Shown: positions 50,275 through 60,805, counted from the first letter of the stretch. The stretch is DNA of 64,000 bases from Candidatus Poribacteria bacterium (GCA_965205025.1 CBDBFU010000002.1:288001-352000), one strand, 5' to 3'. The notes: generated by a model from the sequence alone, not told the origin. Numbers and translations: made by a program.

Positions 50275-50819
50275 ATTATTTTAGTTTTTCTAATTTTGAA
50301 ATTTTCACCTGTATAATTCAAACCTTCATAAACCTTGTCCTCAACAGGGTTTATAGGGTATTGCAAAGACCAATTCTTAAAAATCAACTAAAAAAAACTT
50401 GAAAAACTAAAAGAACTCAAAAAACTTGAAAACAGACCGACTTTGGACAATACAGGCAAAATGCGGATCATACCCAACAGTGTTCCCATAAATACAAATC
50501 GTCCATACAGAAATAATTATCTTCATAGAATCGGTGTCTCCCTGTCCGTTAGTTCAAAATATAGCAAATGGCAAGATCAAAGAATCTCCAATTATATTAT
50601 TTATGAGATATATTCAAACATCTTGTCAGAATGGATGGTTAAGATATTTCACATGCAAACGATTCCAAATCAATGGATGAGAAAAAAAGTAAAAGACACA
50701 AGATTTATATTTTTTGTAAATTCTTGTAACTTAAAAAAAGTGGCTGTAAACCCAGTGTAGGACTGACGGGATAGGACATTTACCAATGTCACACCATGTG
50801 ACAAAAAGTGTAACTTTTT
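50275..50819 (+). repeat. Internally deleted, inverted homolog of the 22346-23710 element
   Basis: 50785-50819 is 34/35 identical to the reverse complement of 22346-22380; 50379-50412 matches 23572-23604; 50281-50311 resembles 23671-23705. Confidence 0.75.
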
Positions 50820-51156
50820 ACAACGATATAATACACACAATATAACTAATGTGAATAGAGAATATACACTTTTACTTCACATTCTTGAGTCCCGGGGAAT
50901 GCCTAAATGGCATTCCCCCTACCGGGTTTGGGAAAATTAGAATTAACGTGAGTTTGATAAGACACACTGTAACCTGATCTTTTAGTTAACACCAGAGTGC
51001 ACAAACTGGAAAGTTTGTGCTACAAAGACTATCTTCAGGACAAAATTCTGTTTATCGAACTGACATTTTTTATTATCAAACTGACGTTAGAATTACCAAA
51101 ATATTTTATTAAACTTCATAAGTCATTCACAAGGACTTGGATATTGATAGAAGATA

Positions 51157-51852
51157 ATGATTTAGAAAAATCAATCTTATCCGTGTAATCCGTGTAATCC
51201 GCGTAATCCGCGATTCTAAAAAAAACAATGATTTAGAAAAATTACTCTTATCCGCGTAATCCGTGTAATCCGTGTAATCCGCGATTCTGACAAACACAAA
51301 AGAAGTAGTTCTGACAGAATGGAAATCAGAAAACCATAGACATGCAACGCATATATTAACAATTGTTATTTTCACGGAGAATTAATAGGGTCAAATCTGT
51401 AAACCCTTACCACGACTGCGTTCATAAATTACCTCCGTGAAGGTTTCCGTGAAACGTACTATCAAACTTAGCCGTGTAATCCGCGTAATCCGCGATTCTA
51501 ACAAAATACAATGATTTAGAAAAATCAATCTTAGCCGTGTAATCCGTGTAATCCGCGTAATCCGCGATTCTAACAAAAAACAATGACTAAGAAAAATCAC
51601 TCTTATCCGCGTAATCCGTGTAATCCGCGTAATCCGCGATTCTGACAAACACAAAAGAATTGGGGATCGGAATCCCATCCCATACAAGAAGCAGTTCTGA
51701 CAGAATGGAAATCAGAAAACCATAGACATGCAACGCACATATTAACAATTGTTATTTTCACGGAGAATTGATAGGGTCAAATCTGTAAACCCTTACCACG
51801 ACTGAGTTCATAAATTATCTCCGTGAAGGTTTCCGTGAAACGTACTATCAAA
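51157..51852. repeat. Nested tandem repeat array (9-bp AATCCGYGT within ~70-bp units, within a ~290-bp duplication)
   Basis: Five TCCGYGTAATCC...GCGATTCT blocks; 51213-51466 is duplicated at 51571-51852; the same 9-mer occurs inverted at 25205-25240. Confidence 0.9.
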
Positions 51853-52022
51853 ATTTCTCTCAAAATCAGCAAGTTTTTAACAGACTTCTTCCCATTCACG
51901 CTATATCTTTTGACAATAACAATTTTATATCAAATTAAGATTACCCTTGAATAAAGCGGACGTTAATGTGATAATTAGGATACAGATATCTTGACATGCA
52001 CGCTTGATTTTGGGAGCGTGAT

Positions 52023-53090
52023 ATGAAACCTAATGCTACGAAATCTATTCCTTATGCACTAATTCTTTCAATAGGTCTTCATATCGTTTTGGTGGCTATC
52101 CTGAGTCTACTCTATCAAACCAAACCTACCCAGATTTCTGATGTAACACATTTTGATATTCTGCATGTCCCTTCCCAACGTTCCCTGCGTACTCTAAAAC
52201 GTGAACGTTTTGTTCCCCAAGAATATAATACACCAATCCCACAGAAACAGATTGCGTCCGTGGCTACATCTCCAGTGGCATCTGTACAACCGACTGCACC
52301 GATTACCCATAATAATCCTGTAGCACCTGTTCGGGATTATACTTTACCCGCTCCACGCACATTAGGAGAAACCCTCCACAACGGTAGTTCTCCTGTTCCC
52401 ACGGTGGGTGGAAATCCTGTGAGTGGTACCGGAACGGCAGTATCCAATTTACGAGGGATAACCCGTGGCACAAAATCCTCATCTTACAAACCGTCCGTTA
52501 ATCATATCTTTCCAAAAGTAAGTGATCTTCCGCTACCAATTGTATTACTGGAACGTATTGGGAATCACATTGTCTCTCATCTAAATTCTGACTTAGTGGA
52601 TATTGTTTTCATTATTGATGGAAGCGGGAGTATGAAGGATAATATCAATGCAGTACGGAATCATCTGAATAGAATGACACAGATTTTTCAAAATGCGGGG
52701 ATAGATTTTACTATGGGGATTGTCATCTTCCGGGATAGCACAACCTATAGTATGCTCGGTTGGGATTTCGAGGTGACACCACAGACAAAATCGGTTAGTG
52801 AGATAAAAAAAGCACTTTCGAAGGTCAAGTGTAGAGGTGGAGAAAAGGCTTTAGATGCACTTATTCGGGCTGCTGATGAGGTAGAATTTCGACAGAACAG
52901 TGAGGTGCATTTCATCTTGGTCACGGATGAATATGTGACTGGTAACTACACTGCAAGGGATGTGTTAACGAAGATGAGGAGCAGTAACATTAAGGTTGAT
53001 GTTATAGGTCTTGAGGAACCGTTTCATGGATTTATTACGCGTAAAACGGGTGGTATTTGGTTGCCTATATCAAGTTTAGGAGCACAATGA
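52023..53090 (+). CDS. Membrane-anchored vWA-domain protein
   Basis: N-terminal TM, Pro/Ser/Thr linker, MIDAS DIVFIIDGSGSM, GGEKALDAL, LVTDE. Confidence 0.85.
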   Translation: MKPNATKSIPYALILSIGLHIVLVAILSLLYQTKPTQISDVTHFDILHVPSQRSLRTLKRERFVPQEYNTPIPQKQIASVATSPVASVQPTAPITHNNPVAPVRDYTLPAPRTLGETLHNGSSPVPTVGGNPVSGTGTAVSNLRGITRGTKSSSYKPSVNHIFPKVSDLPLPIVLLERIGNHIVSHLNSDLVDIVFIIDGSGSMKDNINAVRNHLNRMTQIFQNAGIDFTMGIVIFRDSTTYSMLGWDFEVTPQTKSVSEIKKALSKVKCRGGEKALDALIRAADEVEFRQNSEVHFILVTDEYVTGNYTARDVLTKMRSSNIKVDVIGLEEPFHGFITRKTGGIWLPISSLGAQ

Positions 53091-53097
53091 ATTAGCG

Positions 53098-54696
53098 ATG
53101 AAGATTCTTGAGAAGTTATCACCCTTCACAGACCTTGTTCTTTCAACGTTGCCCCCATCTGATCCGCCAAATCCCACGGCAAGAGAAAATCTATATTACG
53201 CATCTTGGATAACCGCTATTTTCGTGATTGTGTGTGGTTATGGTGCGATGAATCACGAAATGTGGCGTGATGAAATCCAAGCATGGCTTCTTGCGAGAGA
53301 CAGCACTTCATTCTTTAACCTCCTTGCCAACATGAAATATGAGGGACATCCTGCTTTTTGGCATCTCTGTTTAATGCCGTTGAGCCGTATATCGGTGTCC
53401 CCTATTATGATGCAGGTGTTTCATCTGCTCATCGCGGCTACCACCGTATTTCTCTTCAATCGTTACGCCCCCTTCAATCGACTACATAAATTCCTTTTTA
53501 GTTTTGGGTATTTTGCATTATACGAATACGGTATTGTGGTTAGGAATTATGCGATCGGTGTAATGCTGATTACTATCTTTTGTGTGCTTTACAATGAACG
53601 GTACAGGCGTTTTATTTGGGTGGGTATTGTCCTCTTTTTAACATGCCACACCAGTGTACATGCCCTGATTGTGGTTATAGCAATCGGATGTGCGTTGTTG
53701 TGTGAATATCTGCTATTTTATTGCTGTAAGGAAGATGTACCGTGGGAGAATAAACACCATGTCTGGATAGGTTTTTCGTTGATTGGTCTCGGTATTGTTA
53801 CTGCTGTTTTACAACTTAATCCACCTGCGGATACGGGTTTCGCTGTGGGATGGAATTTTAATTTTACGGTAGAACGTATGAACAATATCGTGAAAATCAT
53901 AACCAACGCATTACTTCCGTTTACCAAAGCAACGATGGGACATTGGGGAAACATGCAACTCCATAGCTACGGGTTGTTCCAGAAATATCGATTACTGCTC
54001 TGTTATCTGATTATCTTCTGGTGTGTTCTGCGTTTCTTAAAACGTCCTACCTCCTTATTTATCTATCTGATTGCTACGATTGGTCTCCTATCCTTCTTCT
54101 ATGTGAAGTATGGGGGCAGTATGCGTCATCACGGTTTTTTATTCATTACGTTTGTTATGGCAAGTTGGATCTATTATGATGCCCCGGAATTCAAGTTTCC
54201 AGTAGATATTATCAGTGTCTATGCACAACGATGTTTTTCTGCTATATTTATGGTGTTCCTAATTTTCCATTTTATGGGTGGTATGAATTCGCTTTCGATG
54301 GATACACAATATATCTTTTCTAATGGGAAAAGAACGGCAGAATATATCAAAGCCGAGAATATGCAGGATTTACCTATGGTTGGTATTACCGATTTTGCGA
54401 TCAGTACGGTTGTGGGTTATTTAGGGAAAGATCGGATTTATTATCCCCAAGGGAGTCGATACGGTTCATTTGTAAGATGGGATAAGGCACGAACACACGG
54501 TGTTTCTGATACGGAAGTTATTGAGGCTGCAAAGGAGATTAGTGCCGAGAATTCCGAGGATGTGTTGCTTATTTTGAATCGCAATTTGCCTGCGGAATTG
54601 ATTGAAGAGAATTCGCTTACATTTTTGAAGGAATTTACTGGGTCAACAATTGGTGATGAGGGTTTTCGTCTTTATCTATTGAAAGGATCTATGTAG
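53098..54696 (+). CDS. Polytopic membrane protein, GT-C glycosyltransferase-like
   Basis: HEMWRDEIQAW, YEGHP, ~11 TM segments, periplasmic C-terminus. Confidence 0.6.
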   Translation: MKILEKLSPFTDLVLSTLPPSDPPNPTARENLYYASWITAIFVIVCGYGAMNHEMWRDEIQAWLLARDSTSFFNLLANMKYEGHPAFWHLCLMPLSRISVSPIMMQVFHLLIAATTVFLFNRYAPFNRLHKFLFSFGYFALYEYGIVVRNYAIGVMLITIFCVLYNERYRRFIWVGIVLFLTCHTSVHALIVVIAIGCALLCEYLLFYCCKEDVPWENKHHVWIGFSLIGLGIVTAVLQLNPPADTGFAVGWNFNFTVERMNNIVKIITNALLPFTKATMGHWGNMQLHSYGLFQKYRLLLCYLIIFWCVLRFLKRPTSLFIYLIATIGLLSFFYVKYGGSMRHHGFLFITFVMASWIYYDAPEFKFPVDIISVYAQRCFSAIFMVFLIFHFMGGMNSLSMDTQYIFSNGKRTAEYIKAENMQDLPMVGITDFAISTVVGYLGKDRIYYPQGSRYGSFVRWDKARTHGVSDTEVIEAAKEISAENSEDVLLILNRNLPAELIEENSLTFLKEFTGSTIGDEGFRLYLLKGSM

Positions 54697-54717
54697 TTGT
54701 TAGTTATTGGTTAATAT

Positions 54718-54968
54718 GGTGAATGCGGTTTGTAACCACGGGGAATGCCATAAGGCATTCATACCGTTGATTCATAGGTGTCAATTTTAAACTATGACTT
54801 TTTGGTTTTGAGTCCCGTAGGGACGGAATGTCTATAGAAAAAGGATCAATTAACTAAATGAGTCCCGTAGGGACGGAATGTCTATAGAAGTGGTTATCAC
54901 CAATATACCAAGCCCCGGGGAATGCCATAAGGCATTCATACCGTTGATTCGCGGGGCGAAAGGTGTAT
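54718..54968. repeat. REP-like palindrome cluster
   Basis: AGTCCCGTAGGGACGGAATGTCTATAGAA x2 (54811, 54861); GGGGAATGCCATAAGGCATTCATACCGTTGATTC x2 (54740, 54917). Confidence 0.85.
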
Positions 54969-54986
54969 CACATAAAATTGATAGGG

Positions 54987-55829
54987 TTATGAGGTTTCAT
55001 TTCTTGCTTTAGCAAGCTGCGCACGAAGTTGTTCGTTTTCAACTTCCAATGCTTGTAAACGTAAGGCTTCTTCTGATGCCTTCTCTTCCGCTTGGTTTAG
55101 TAGGTTTTCTGCTTCAATGCGAAGATGTTTTTCTTCCAAAAATGTAGTAATCGGTGTTCCATCAGGTAGAGACGGACGTAAAAGTCTAACACCCGTATCT
55201 TGATGTTCCTTCCATCGGAACCAAAGATTCAATGCCTCACTAAATATGCCACCCTCCACATCCGATTCCATCTCTATAATGTCCCCTGAAGGACTACGCT
55301 GCCATCCACAAAATTCTGACGGTTTATCCATTTCAGGTTGGTGAATGAAGTATTCTTGAACGCCTATATCTCTTAGATATACGTCTACTTTTTGATTCCT
55401 ATCATGATGAGCAGTTGCATCAGATAGAAATTCAAAAACAGCCACTGGTGATGCCCCTTCTGCCCATGTATAAAAACTACGCCGTAGAGGATATTTATCT
55501 ACACCAAAAACAACATAAATATCTGGTGCGACAAACTTCGTAATGTCCCCTTCGTGATAGTATACGAAGTTGTCAATCCCAATGTGAATATGAGGGTCAA
55601 TTTCAAAATATCCTAAAAATTGGTGATATAAAGTAGCAATCTGCTCTCCGTGGAATCCGGTTGCTGCCATGGGTTCATCGTCCTCAAAAGGATAGCCTTC
55701 GATATAAACAGTCGGTTTTCCACTGGCTTTTGGAAAAACAGGTATATACTTTTTCTGTTTGATACTGAAATCGTTTAAGGTATCCATGCTTATCTCCACT
55801 GTATATTGGTTTTGGAATATAGTGTACAA
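54987..55829 (-). CDS. Uma2 (DUF820) family endonuclease
   Basis: EPMA..H, VAPDIYVVFGV, AVFEFLS..T..HD...K..Y..IGVQEYF, C-terminal coiled coil. Confidence 0.85.
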   Translation of the reverse strand: MYTIFQNQYTVEISMDTLNDFSIKQKKYIPVFPKASGKPTVYIEGYPFEDDEPMAATGFHGEQIATLYHQFLGYFEIDPHIHIGIDNFVYYHEGDITKFVAPDIYVVFGVDKYPLRRSFYTWAEGASPVAVFEFLSDATAHHDRNQKVDVYLRDIGVQEYFIHQPEMDKPSEFCGWQRSPSGDIIEMESDVEGGIFSEALNLWFRWKEHQDTGVRLLRPSLPDGTPITTFLEEKHLRIEAENLLNQAEEKASEEALRLQALEVENEQLRAQLAKARNETS

Positions 55830-55888
55830 TAAAATTAATACAACATTTTCTGTTGGCTCAACTTACGTTCGCGTCCCACACCTTTTCT

Positions 55889-56073
55889 GTAGGAGCGACC
55901 TCCTGGTCGCGACCGGGAGGTCGCTCCTACAAGCAAAGTGTGTAATTATAGTAAAATTCATAATTACTTGAACACAATGGTAGGTTCGGTTTCCTAACCG
56001 AACCTATGTCCAATCGTGCGGTTAGAAACCGCACCTACCAGGGAGTGTAAACATATTTTTGGATTTCACTATA
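55889..56073. repeat. GTAG-REP doublets and an IS630-like MITE (55947-56073)
   Basis: GTAGGAGCGACCTCCTGGTCGCGACCGGGAGGTCGCTCCTAC; ends TATAGTAAAATTC / GGATTTCACTATA enclose two facing REPs. Confidence 0.7.
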
Positions 56074-56154
56074 AATCTAAAGTTTACTATTAACGTATTT
56101 TAACCGAATATACACATTTTTTCAAACACAATTGGTTATACTTTGCAGAATTAT

Positions 56155-56181
56155 GCAACCGTTTTCCTCCTAAGTCGCGTC
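56155..56181 (+). promoter_or_regulatory. Putative ECF-type autoregulatory promoter
   Basis: GCAACC-17 nt-CGTC, ~50 bp upstream of an ECF sigma gene. Confidence 0.5.
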
Positions 56182-56229
56182 ATAAGGGTTCAATATCATT
56201 TTTGAACCTATTCTCTCTGGAGGTATCCG

Positions 56230-59211
56230 ATGAAACACACCGATGTTGAACTGATCCAATACACCCTTGCTGGTGATGAAACCGCTTTCGCAGAACTTGT
56301 GAAAAGGCATCAAAAGCCTGTTCATACATTGGCTTGGCGTAAAATCGGGGATTTTCAGATCGCTGAAGAAATTACACAGGACACCTTCCTGAAAGTATAT
56401 CAAAGATTGCACACCCTGAAAGACCCAAACCAGTTTTCTGGTTGGCTTTATGTGATTGCGACACGCCGTTGCTACGCTTGGCTCCGCAAAAAACGGATAC
56501 GTACCGATCCGTTGGAGGATGTAGATACCACAATGATACACAAAGATGCTTATTCACACCATGTCATAGAAGACAGGAGAAATTCTGCTATTGATGCGCA
56601 CCGCGAAGCCGTCAAAAAACTCCTCGCAAAGCTGAAAGAGAGTGAACGGACTGTGATGACGCTCCACTATCTCGGTGAAATGACTGTTGAGGAGATAAGC
56701 AAGTTTATTGGGGTGTCCGCGGGGACAATCAAGAGTCGATTGCAACGTGCGCGAAACCGACTCCAAAAGGAGGAAACAATGATTAGAGAAGCACTCGAAC
56801 ATTTCCAAATATCACCAAACCTGACAGATAACATTATGCAAGAGGTACATCGTCTTAAACCTACACCTACCGGGAGTAAACCGCTTATCCCGTGGGCAGT
56901 TGCTGCGTCTACCGCTGTTTTGATTGCATTGATGTTGGGGATAGGAAGTCAACACTTAGCACGTTTCCAGCAACCCTATAATTTGGAAGCACAATCCGAG
57001 ATGTCAGTTGAACTCGTTGAGGCACCTATTGTGCCAATACTTGAGATGGAACCGGATGTACGACGCCAGATTGGAAATACGAATGCTGTTGGTAAGAGTA
57101 ATAGACCGAAACAAAACCCTGATGAGGTATTATTTGCTTCCACACAAGTACAAGGAGAAAATATGTCTAACCAAAAACAACAATGGATTCATGCAAAACG
57201 GGTGAAAGGCGCTCCAGCCATGAACCTGAGCACTACACCTGATGGGGATCTCTATGCTTTCTTAAATTTTCTTTCTGTCTATAGACAATCTAAAGATACA
57301 AATACATGGCAACATCTCTCCAGCATAAACAAACTAAGAACTAATTGGGGAGGCGATCCATCAATAGTGAAGTGGAACAATACTTTGTATTTCAGTATAT
57401 CCAATAATTTTTATTCTTCTACGAATAACGGTGAAACTTGGGATTTACTCTATTCTTGGAAAAACGGAGAAAACGTGTTCCCACTTAACGACTACGAGTT
57501 TCCAATTAAATTCATTATAACAGAGCAAGCTTTTTACCTTGCTTTTAGGAATGGTGTTTTCCAGTCTGATGACAACGGCAAAACATGGAAAAATATTAGC
57601 GTTGGATTGAAGGGAAGATCTGTACATTTTATTAACTCATTTATTAATATCCAGAACACGGTCTTTGTTGGAGCTAACGATGGTTGCTACCGTTACAATG
57701 GTAATGAATGGGAACGCTTGGAATTCCCAAGCAAAGTTTTCAGTGTTGTTTCAACTGCAGCAGATGCGGGGAAACTCTATGTTATGGCGGAGTTGAATTG
57801 GTGGAAAGCCGATCAAGAGTTCAAACGTACTTGGGGAATATTCCGATCAACTGACCTCGGAGATTCATGGGTAGATATTACACCTACACATGCTTGGCAA
57901 TTAGATGGTGATCGTCCAAATTTAGTATTAATTGCTGTAGGTGAAACACTTTTGGCAATGGAGCATGGAATGGTACGTTCGTTGGATAGTGGGGACACAT
58001 GGCTGAGTCCTCAAACACAAGACACATCACCACAAATGGGTAATCTTTCCCCAGTTGCAGTCATGAATGACCAGACTATTTATGTTGGCAGCGGGGACGG
58101 TCTATATTCTTCCACTGATCTCGGTGAATCGTGGCACAAGGCGAACATAAGGCAAAATGGAGGAAGTATATATGATCTTATTGCATTAAAAAAGGCTGAT
58201 AAAGGTCAAACTAACCCTTCGTCGCTCTATGCAATAGTAGAGGGAGAAACAAATTCGTCAAATGACATACAAAAAACAGATGATAGCGGGAATTCTTGGA
58301 AACGCGTCCAAATTGCGAAACCAATGACAGATCCTATCAGAAGGGTAACTCCGGATTTTACCCACATTTTAAAATCAGGGGAAGTTCTTTATGCCAAGGG
58401 AAAGGATGGTATTGGCGATGTTAATAAAGTGTATATACATCGTGTATCCAATGATAGTAAAACGATTGAACGGATTCAAGGGATGCCGACTTTCAGTTCG
58501 GAAGGGTTAGATGATAAGTTTTCTGAAGAAGAAGTTCATGGCGGAACTCAGTTTTTTAAACAGTTGACACAACCGAATTACGAAAAGGGTAGTAAGCCTC
58601 GAAAAAACCTTATAAAGCAAGGGTTACGCGGACCGTTTGCTGTTGATAAAGACACATACTACATTGAATTCAACTTTAAGCTCTTCCGGTGGAAGATGGG
58701 GGATACAGAATTGTATGACACGGAACAGGAAGAAACAATTGAATTGAGTGAGGACACAATAAAGAAAGATCTCAAACTTGCGGTTTCAGGAAACACTGTC
58801 TACGTAGGAAAACGGGATGGACATTTCGTTGTATCGTTTGATAGGGCAACTAATTGGATTGATTTCACACCGGCACTACCATTTGCTGTTAATGACTATA
58901 AACAGATTTTGGTTGCTGGAACTACTGTATATGTAGCAACGGACGCTGGCATGATTACATCTGATGATGGAAGAAGTTGGAATACCATCACCGATGCAGT
59001 AGGAGATAATCTCATAATGGAACACTTAGCAAATGATGGAAATGCATTGTATGGTACTACAGAGAAGTCCGGTATCTATCGCTTAGAAAATGGCAGTTGG
59101 AATCAGATTGTATCTGAAATACCAGACAGTATAACTTCTATGGCTGTTGATGGAAATACCTTATACGTAGGCACACGCAACCAAGGCATGCTTCACTATA
59201 CTTTTGAATAG
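56230..59211 (+). CDS. ECF sigma factor fused to a TM helix and an Asp-box beta-propeller sensor
   Basis: GDETAFAELV, AEEITQDTF, FSGWLYVIA, sigma4 EISKFIGVSAGTIKSRLQRAR; TM PWAVAASTAVLIALMLG; repeated S.D.G.TW boxes. Confidence 0.9.
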   Translation: MKHTDVELIQYTLAGDETAFAELVKRHQKPVHTLAWRKIGDFQIAEEITQDTFLKVYQRLHTLKDPNQFSGWLYVIATRRCYAWLRKKRIRTDPLEDVDTTMIHKDAYSHHVIEDRRNSAIDAHREAVKKLLAKLKESERTVMTLHYLGEMTVEEISKFIGVSAGTIKSRLQRARNRLQKEETMIREALEHFQISPNLTDNIMQEVHRLKPTPTGSKPLIPWAVAASTAVLIALMLGIGSQHLARFQQPYNLEAQSEMSVELVEAPIVPILEMEPDVRRQIGNTNAVGKSNRPKQNPDEVLFASTQVQGENMSNQKQQWIHAKRVKGAPAMNLSTTPDGDLYAFLNFLSVYRQSKDTNTWQHLSSINKLRTNWGGDPSIVKWNNTLYFSISNNFYSSTNNGETWDLLYSWKNGENVFPLNDYEFPIKFIITEQAFYLAFRNGVFQSDDNGKTWKNISVGLKGRSVHFINSFINIQNTVFVGANDGCYRYNGNEWERLEFPSKVFSVVSTAADAGKLYVMAELNWWKADQEFKRTWGIFRSTDLGDSWVDITPTHAWQLDGDRPNLVLIAVGETLLAMEHGMVRSLDSGDTWLSPQTQDTSPQMGNLSPVAVMNDQTIYVGSGDGLYSSTDLGESWHKANIRQNGGSIYDLIALKKADKGQTNPSSLYAIVEGETNSSNDIQKTDDSGNSWKRVQIAKPMTDPIRRVTPDFTHILKSGEVLYAKGKDGIGDVNKVYIHRVSNDSKTIERIQGMPTFSSEGLDDKFSEEEVHGGTQFFKQLTQPNYEKGSKPRKNLIKQGLRGPFAVDKDTYYIEFNFKLFRWKMGDTELYDTEQEETIELSEDTIKKDLKLAVSGNTVYVGKRDGHFVVSFDRATNWIDFTPALPFAVNDYKQILVAGTTVYVATDAGMITSDDGRSWNTITDAVGDNLIMEHLANDGNALYGTTEKSGIYRLENGSWNQIVSEIPDSITSMAVDGNTLYVGTRNQGMLHYTFE

Positions 59212-59270
59212 CATTTAATACCTTCAAGTATTTACATACAAACACTATTTTATGTAACGTGAAGAGGAAC

Positions 59271-59283
59271 TGCATAAGTCCTG
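59271..59283. mobile_element. Solo IS701-type terminal inverted repeat
   Basis: TGCATAAGTCCTG, 12/13 identical to the IS701 end at 25030. Confidence 0.45.
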
Positions 59284-59305
59284 ATTGAATCTAACTATAA
59301 GCTCT

Positions 59306-60358
59306 TCAGAAGGTAACATCATCTAACCTTGAGGATTTAAGCACTTCCTCAAAAAGCGAGTCAAGTTGAACAAGATCATTGATCTGTCTTACTTTATTAG
59401 CAAAACTGTCGGGAACTTCATTAAACTTATGTTGGCTCAGTCTGATTACAGAGTTCTGCTTCTCCTGAATTATGCCCTGCATCACGCCTTTTTCTATAAG
59501 TAATTCGGCACTTGTCATAACCATATCTTGTACCTCTTTGTCTTGTATATGCGTCTGCATAACTTCTAATAAATCTGTCCGATCTTCCGATGGACGACGA
59601 AAAAATATTAACTGATATAGATACAATAGTACATTCTGATACTGCGATACAGATACTGAATCTAAACTTTGAATATATGCTAATGCCTTATTTAATGCAT
59701 TCCGAATAGTTGATGTGTCAGCATCCTCTTGTTGAATAACCTGCAACAACCATCCTAACGGATTACCTGTTTTCGTTAGATCCCTAACATCCACATCCTT
59801 CACACCGAGGAATAATGTATCAAACTTCGGTACAAATGGCGTAAACAAGGATGGCACTTCCATCGCTGTTGTAAGAGATATAGGCGTCTTCCATTTTTGA
59901 GAACCCGTATAATAAACGATTGGAAGGATTGGACGCAATCGCCATTCACTTCTTGGTATGTCTGATGCCTCTAATTCCCGTCTTTGACCATCCCAAATTT
60001 GACACATATAAAACAATACACGGAATGCCATCATCCGATCAACCGTGGATTGATGTTCTATTAGAATATAGATCAACAATTCTTCAGTGGTTTTTTCACT
60101 TTCGAAAGGAACACTGAAAATCATATCAGATTCTAATTCTTTTAGTGAGTCAGAAATATAACTCCTATTCAGTTCAGTGAGTCTACTAAAATCAAGATAT
60201 TCCACTAATTCACTTGCGACAATCTCCACTAATCCACGCACATTCTCTTTTTCAGTAAATAACCACCGAGCACTCCTATCTGGATAATGTGCTGGAGAGA
60301 TATCAAAAAGACTGCGTATTTCTTGTAATAGTTTATCCTGCTTATCTTCTTCTTTCAG
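59306..60358 (-). CDS. Rpn/YhgA-like putative transposase/nuclease (probable CTG start at 60358)
   Basis: HYPDRSARWLF, ESDMIF, ILIEHQS, MAFRVLFY, PILPIVYYTG; GGAGG 6 nt before CTG. Confidence 0.85.
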   Translation of the reverse strand: MKEEDKQDKLLQEIRSLFDISPAHYPDRSARWLFTEKENVRGLVEIVASELVEYLDFSRLTELNRSYISDSLKELESDMIFSVPFESEKTTEELLIYILIEHQSTVDRMMAFRVLFYMCQIWDGQRRELEASDIPRSEWRLRPILPIVYYTGSQKWKTPISLTTAMEVPSLFTPFVPKFDTLFLGVKDVDVRDLTKTGNPLGWLLQVIQQEDADTSTIRNALNKALAYIQSLDSVSVSQYQNVLLYLYQLIFFRRPSEDRTDLLEVMQTHIQDKEVQDMVMTSAELLIEKGVMQGIIQEKQNSVIRLSQHKFNEVPDSFANKVRQINDLVQLDSLFEEVLKSSRLDDVTF

Positions 60359-60484
60359 TATTTTCCTCCAAATACGGATGTTATTTTATAAATTAACATA
60401 ATTGGTACAGAATGTCAAACTGATCTATAGCTGGGGGTGTGTAAACTTTTTGTCACCATAGGTATTATTTTACTCATTAGTCTC

Positions 60485-60805
60485 TTCTGTAGGAGGGAAC
60501 TCCGATTCCCGACTCTTCTCTTCCTCTTCGTAGGGGCGGGGTCTCCCCGCCCGATATTTGTATCGCAATCTTCATCCAGATTGTGTCTTGCGGTATAGCA
60601 CAAACTAAATGAAGATTAAAATAATAATTCGGTAATGTGTTAGAAATTCGAATCAACGGTATGAATGCTATTTAGCATTCCCCGTGGTTAGGAAACCGAA
60701 CCTACCGAGTTTGGAAAATAGGAATTACCGAATTTAAAACTTAATCCTCATACAGTTTGTGCTACAAAATTGACACATATAGAGACAAATTATTTACATA
60801 CCCTA
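60485..60805. repeat. REP/MITE cluster
   Basis: GTAGGAGGGAACTCCGATTCCCGA, GTAGGGGCGGGGTCTCCCCGCCC, MITE 60597-60764, segment shared with 21775-21811. Confidence 0.75.

Noticed and set aside
50199-50760. 67-aa and 105-aa ORFs
   Set aside because: They lie in the degenerate inverted element, with no RBS or motif support
51157-51660. CRISPR array
   Set aside because: The intervening sequences are near-identical to each other, the repeats are built from 9-mers of variable number, and no cas genes are present
51127-51687. ORFs with SRITRITRITRI repeats
   Set aside because: Translation artefacts of the 9-bp DNA repeat
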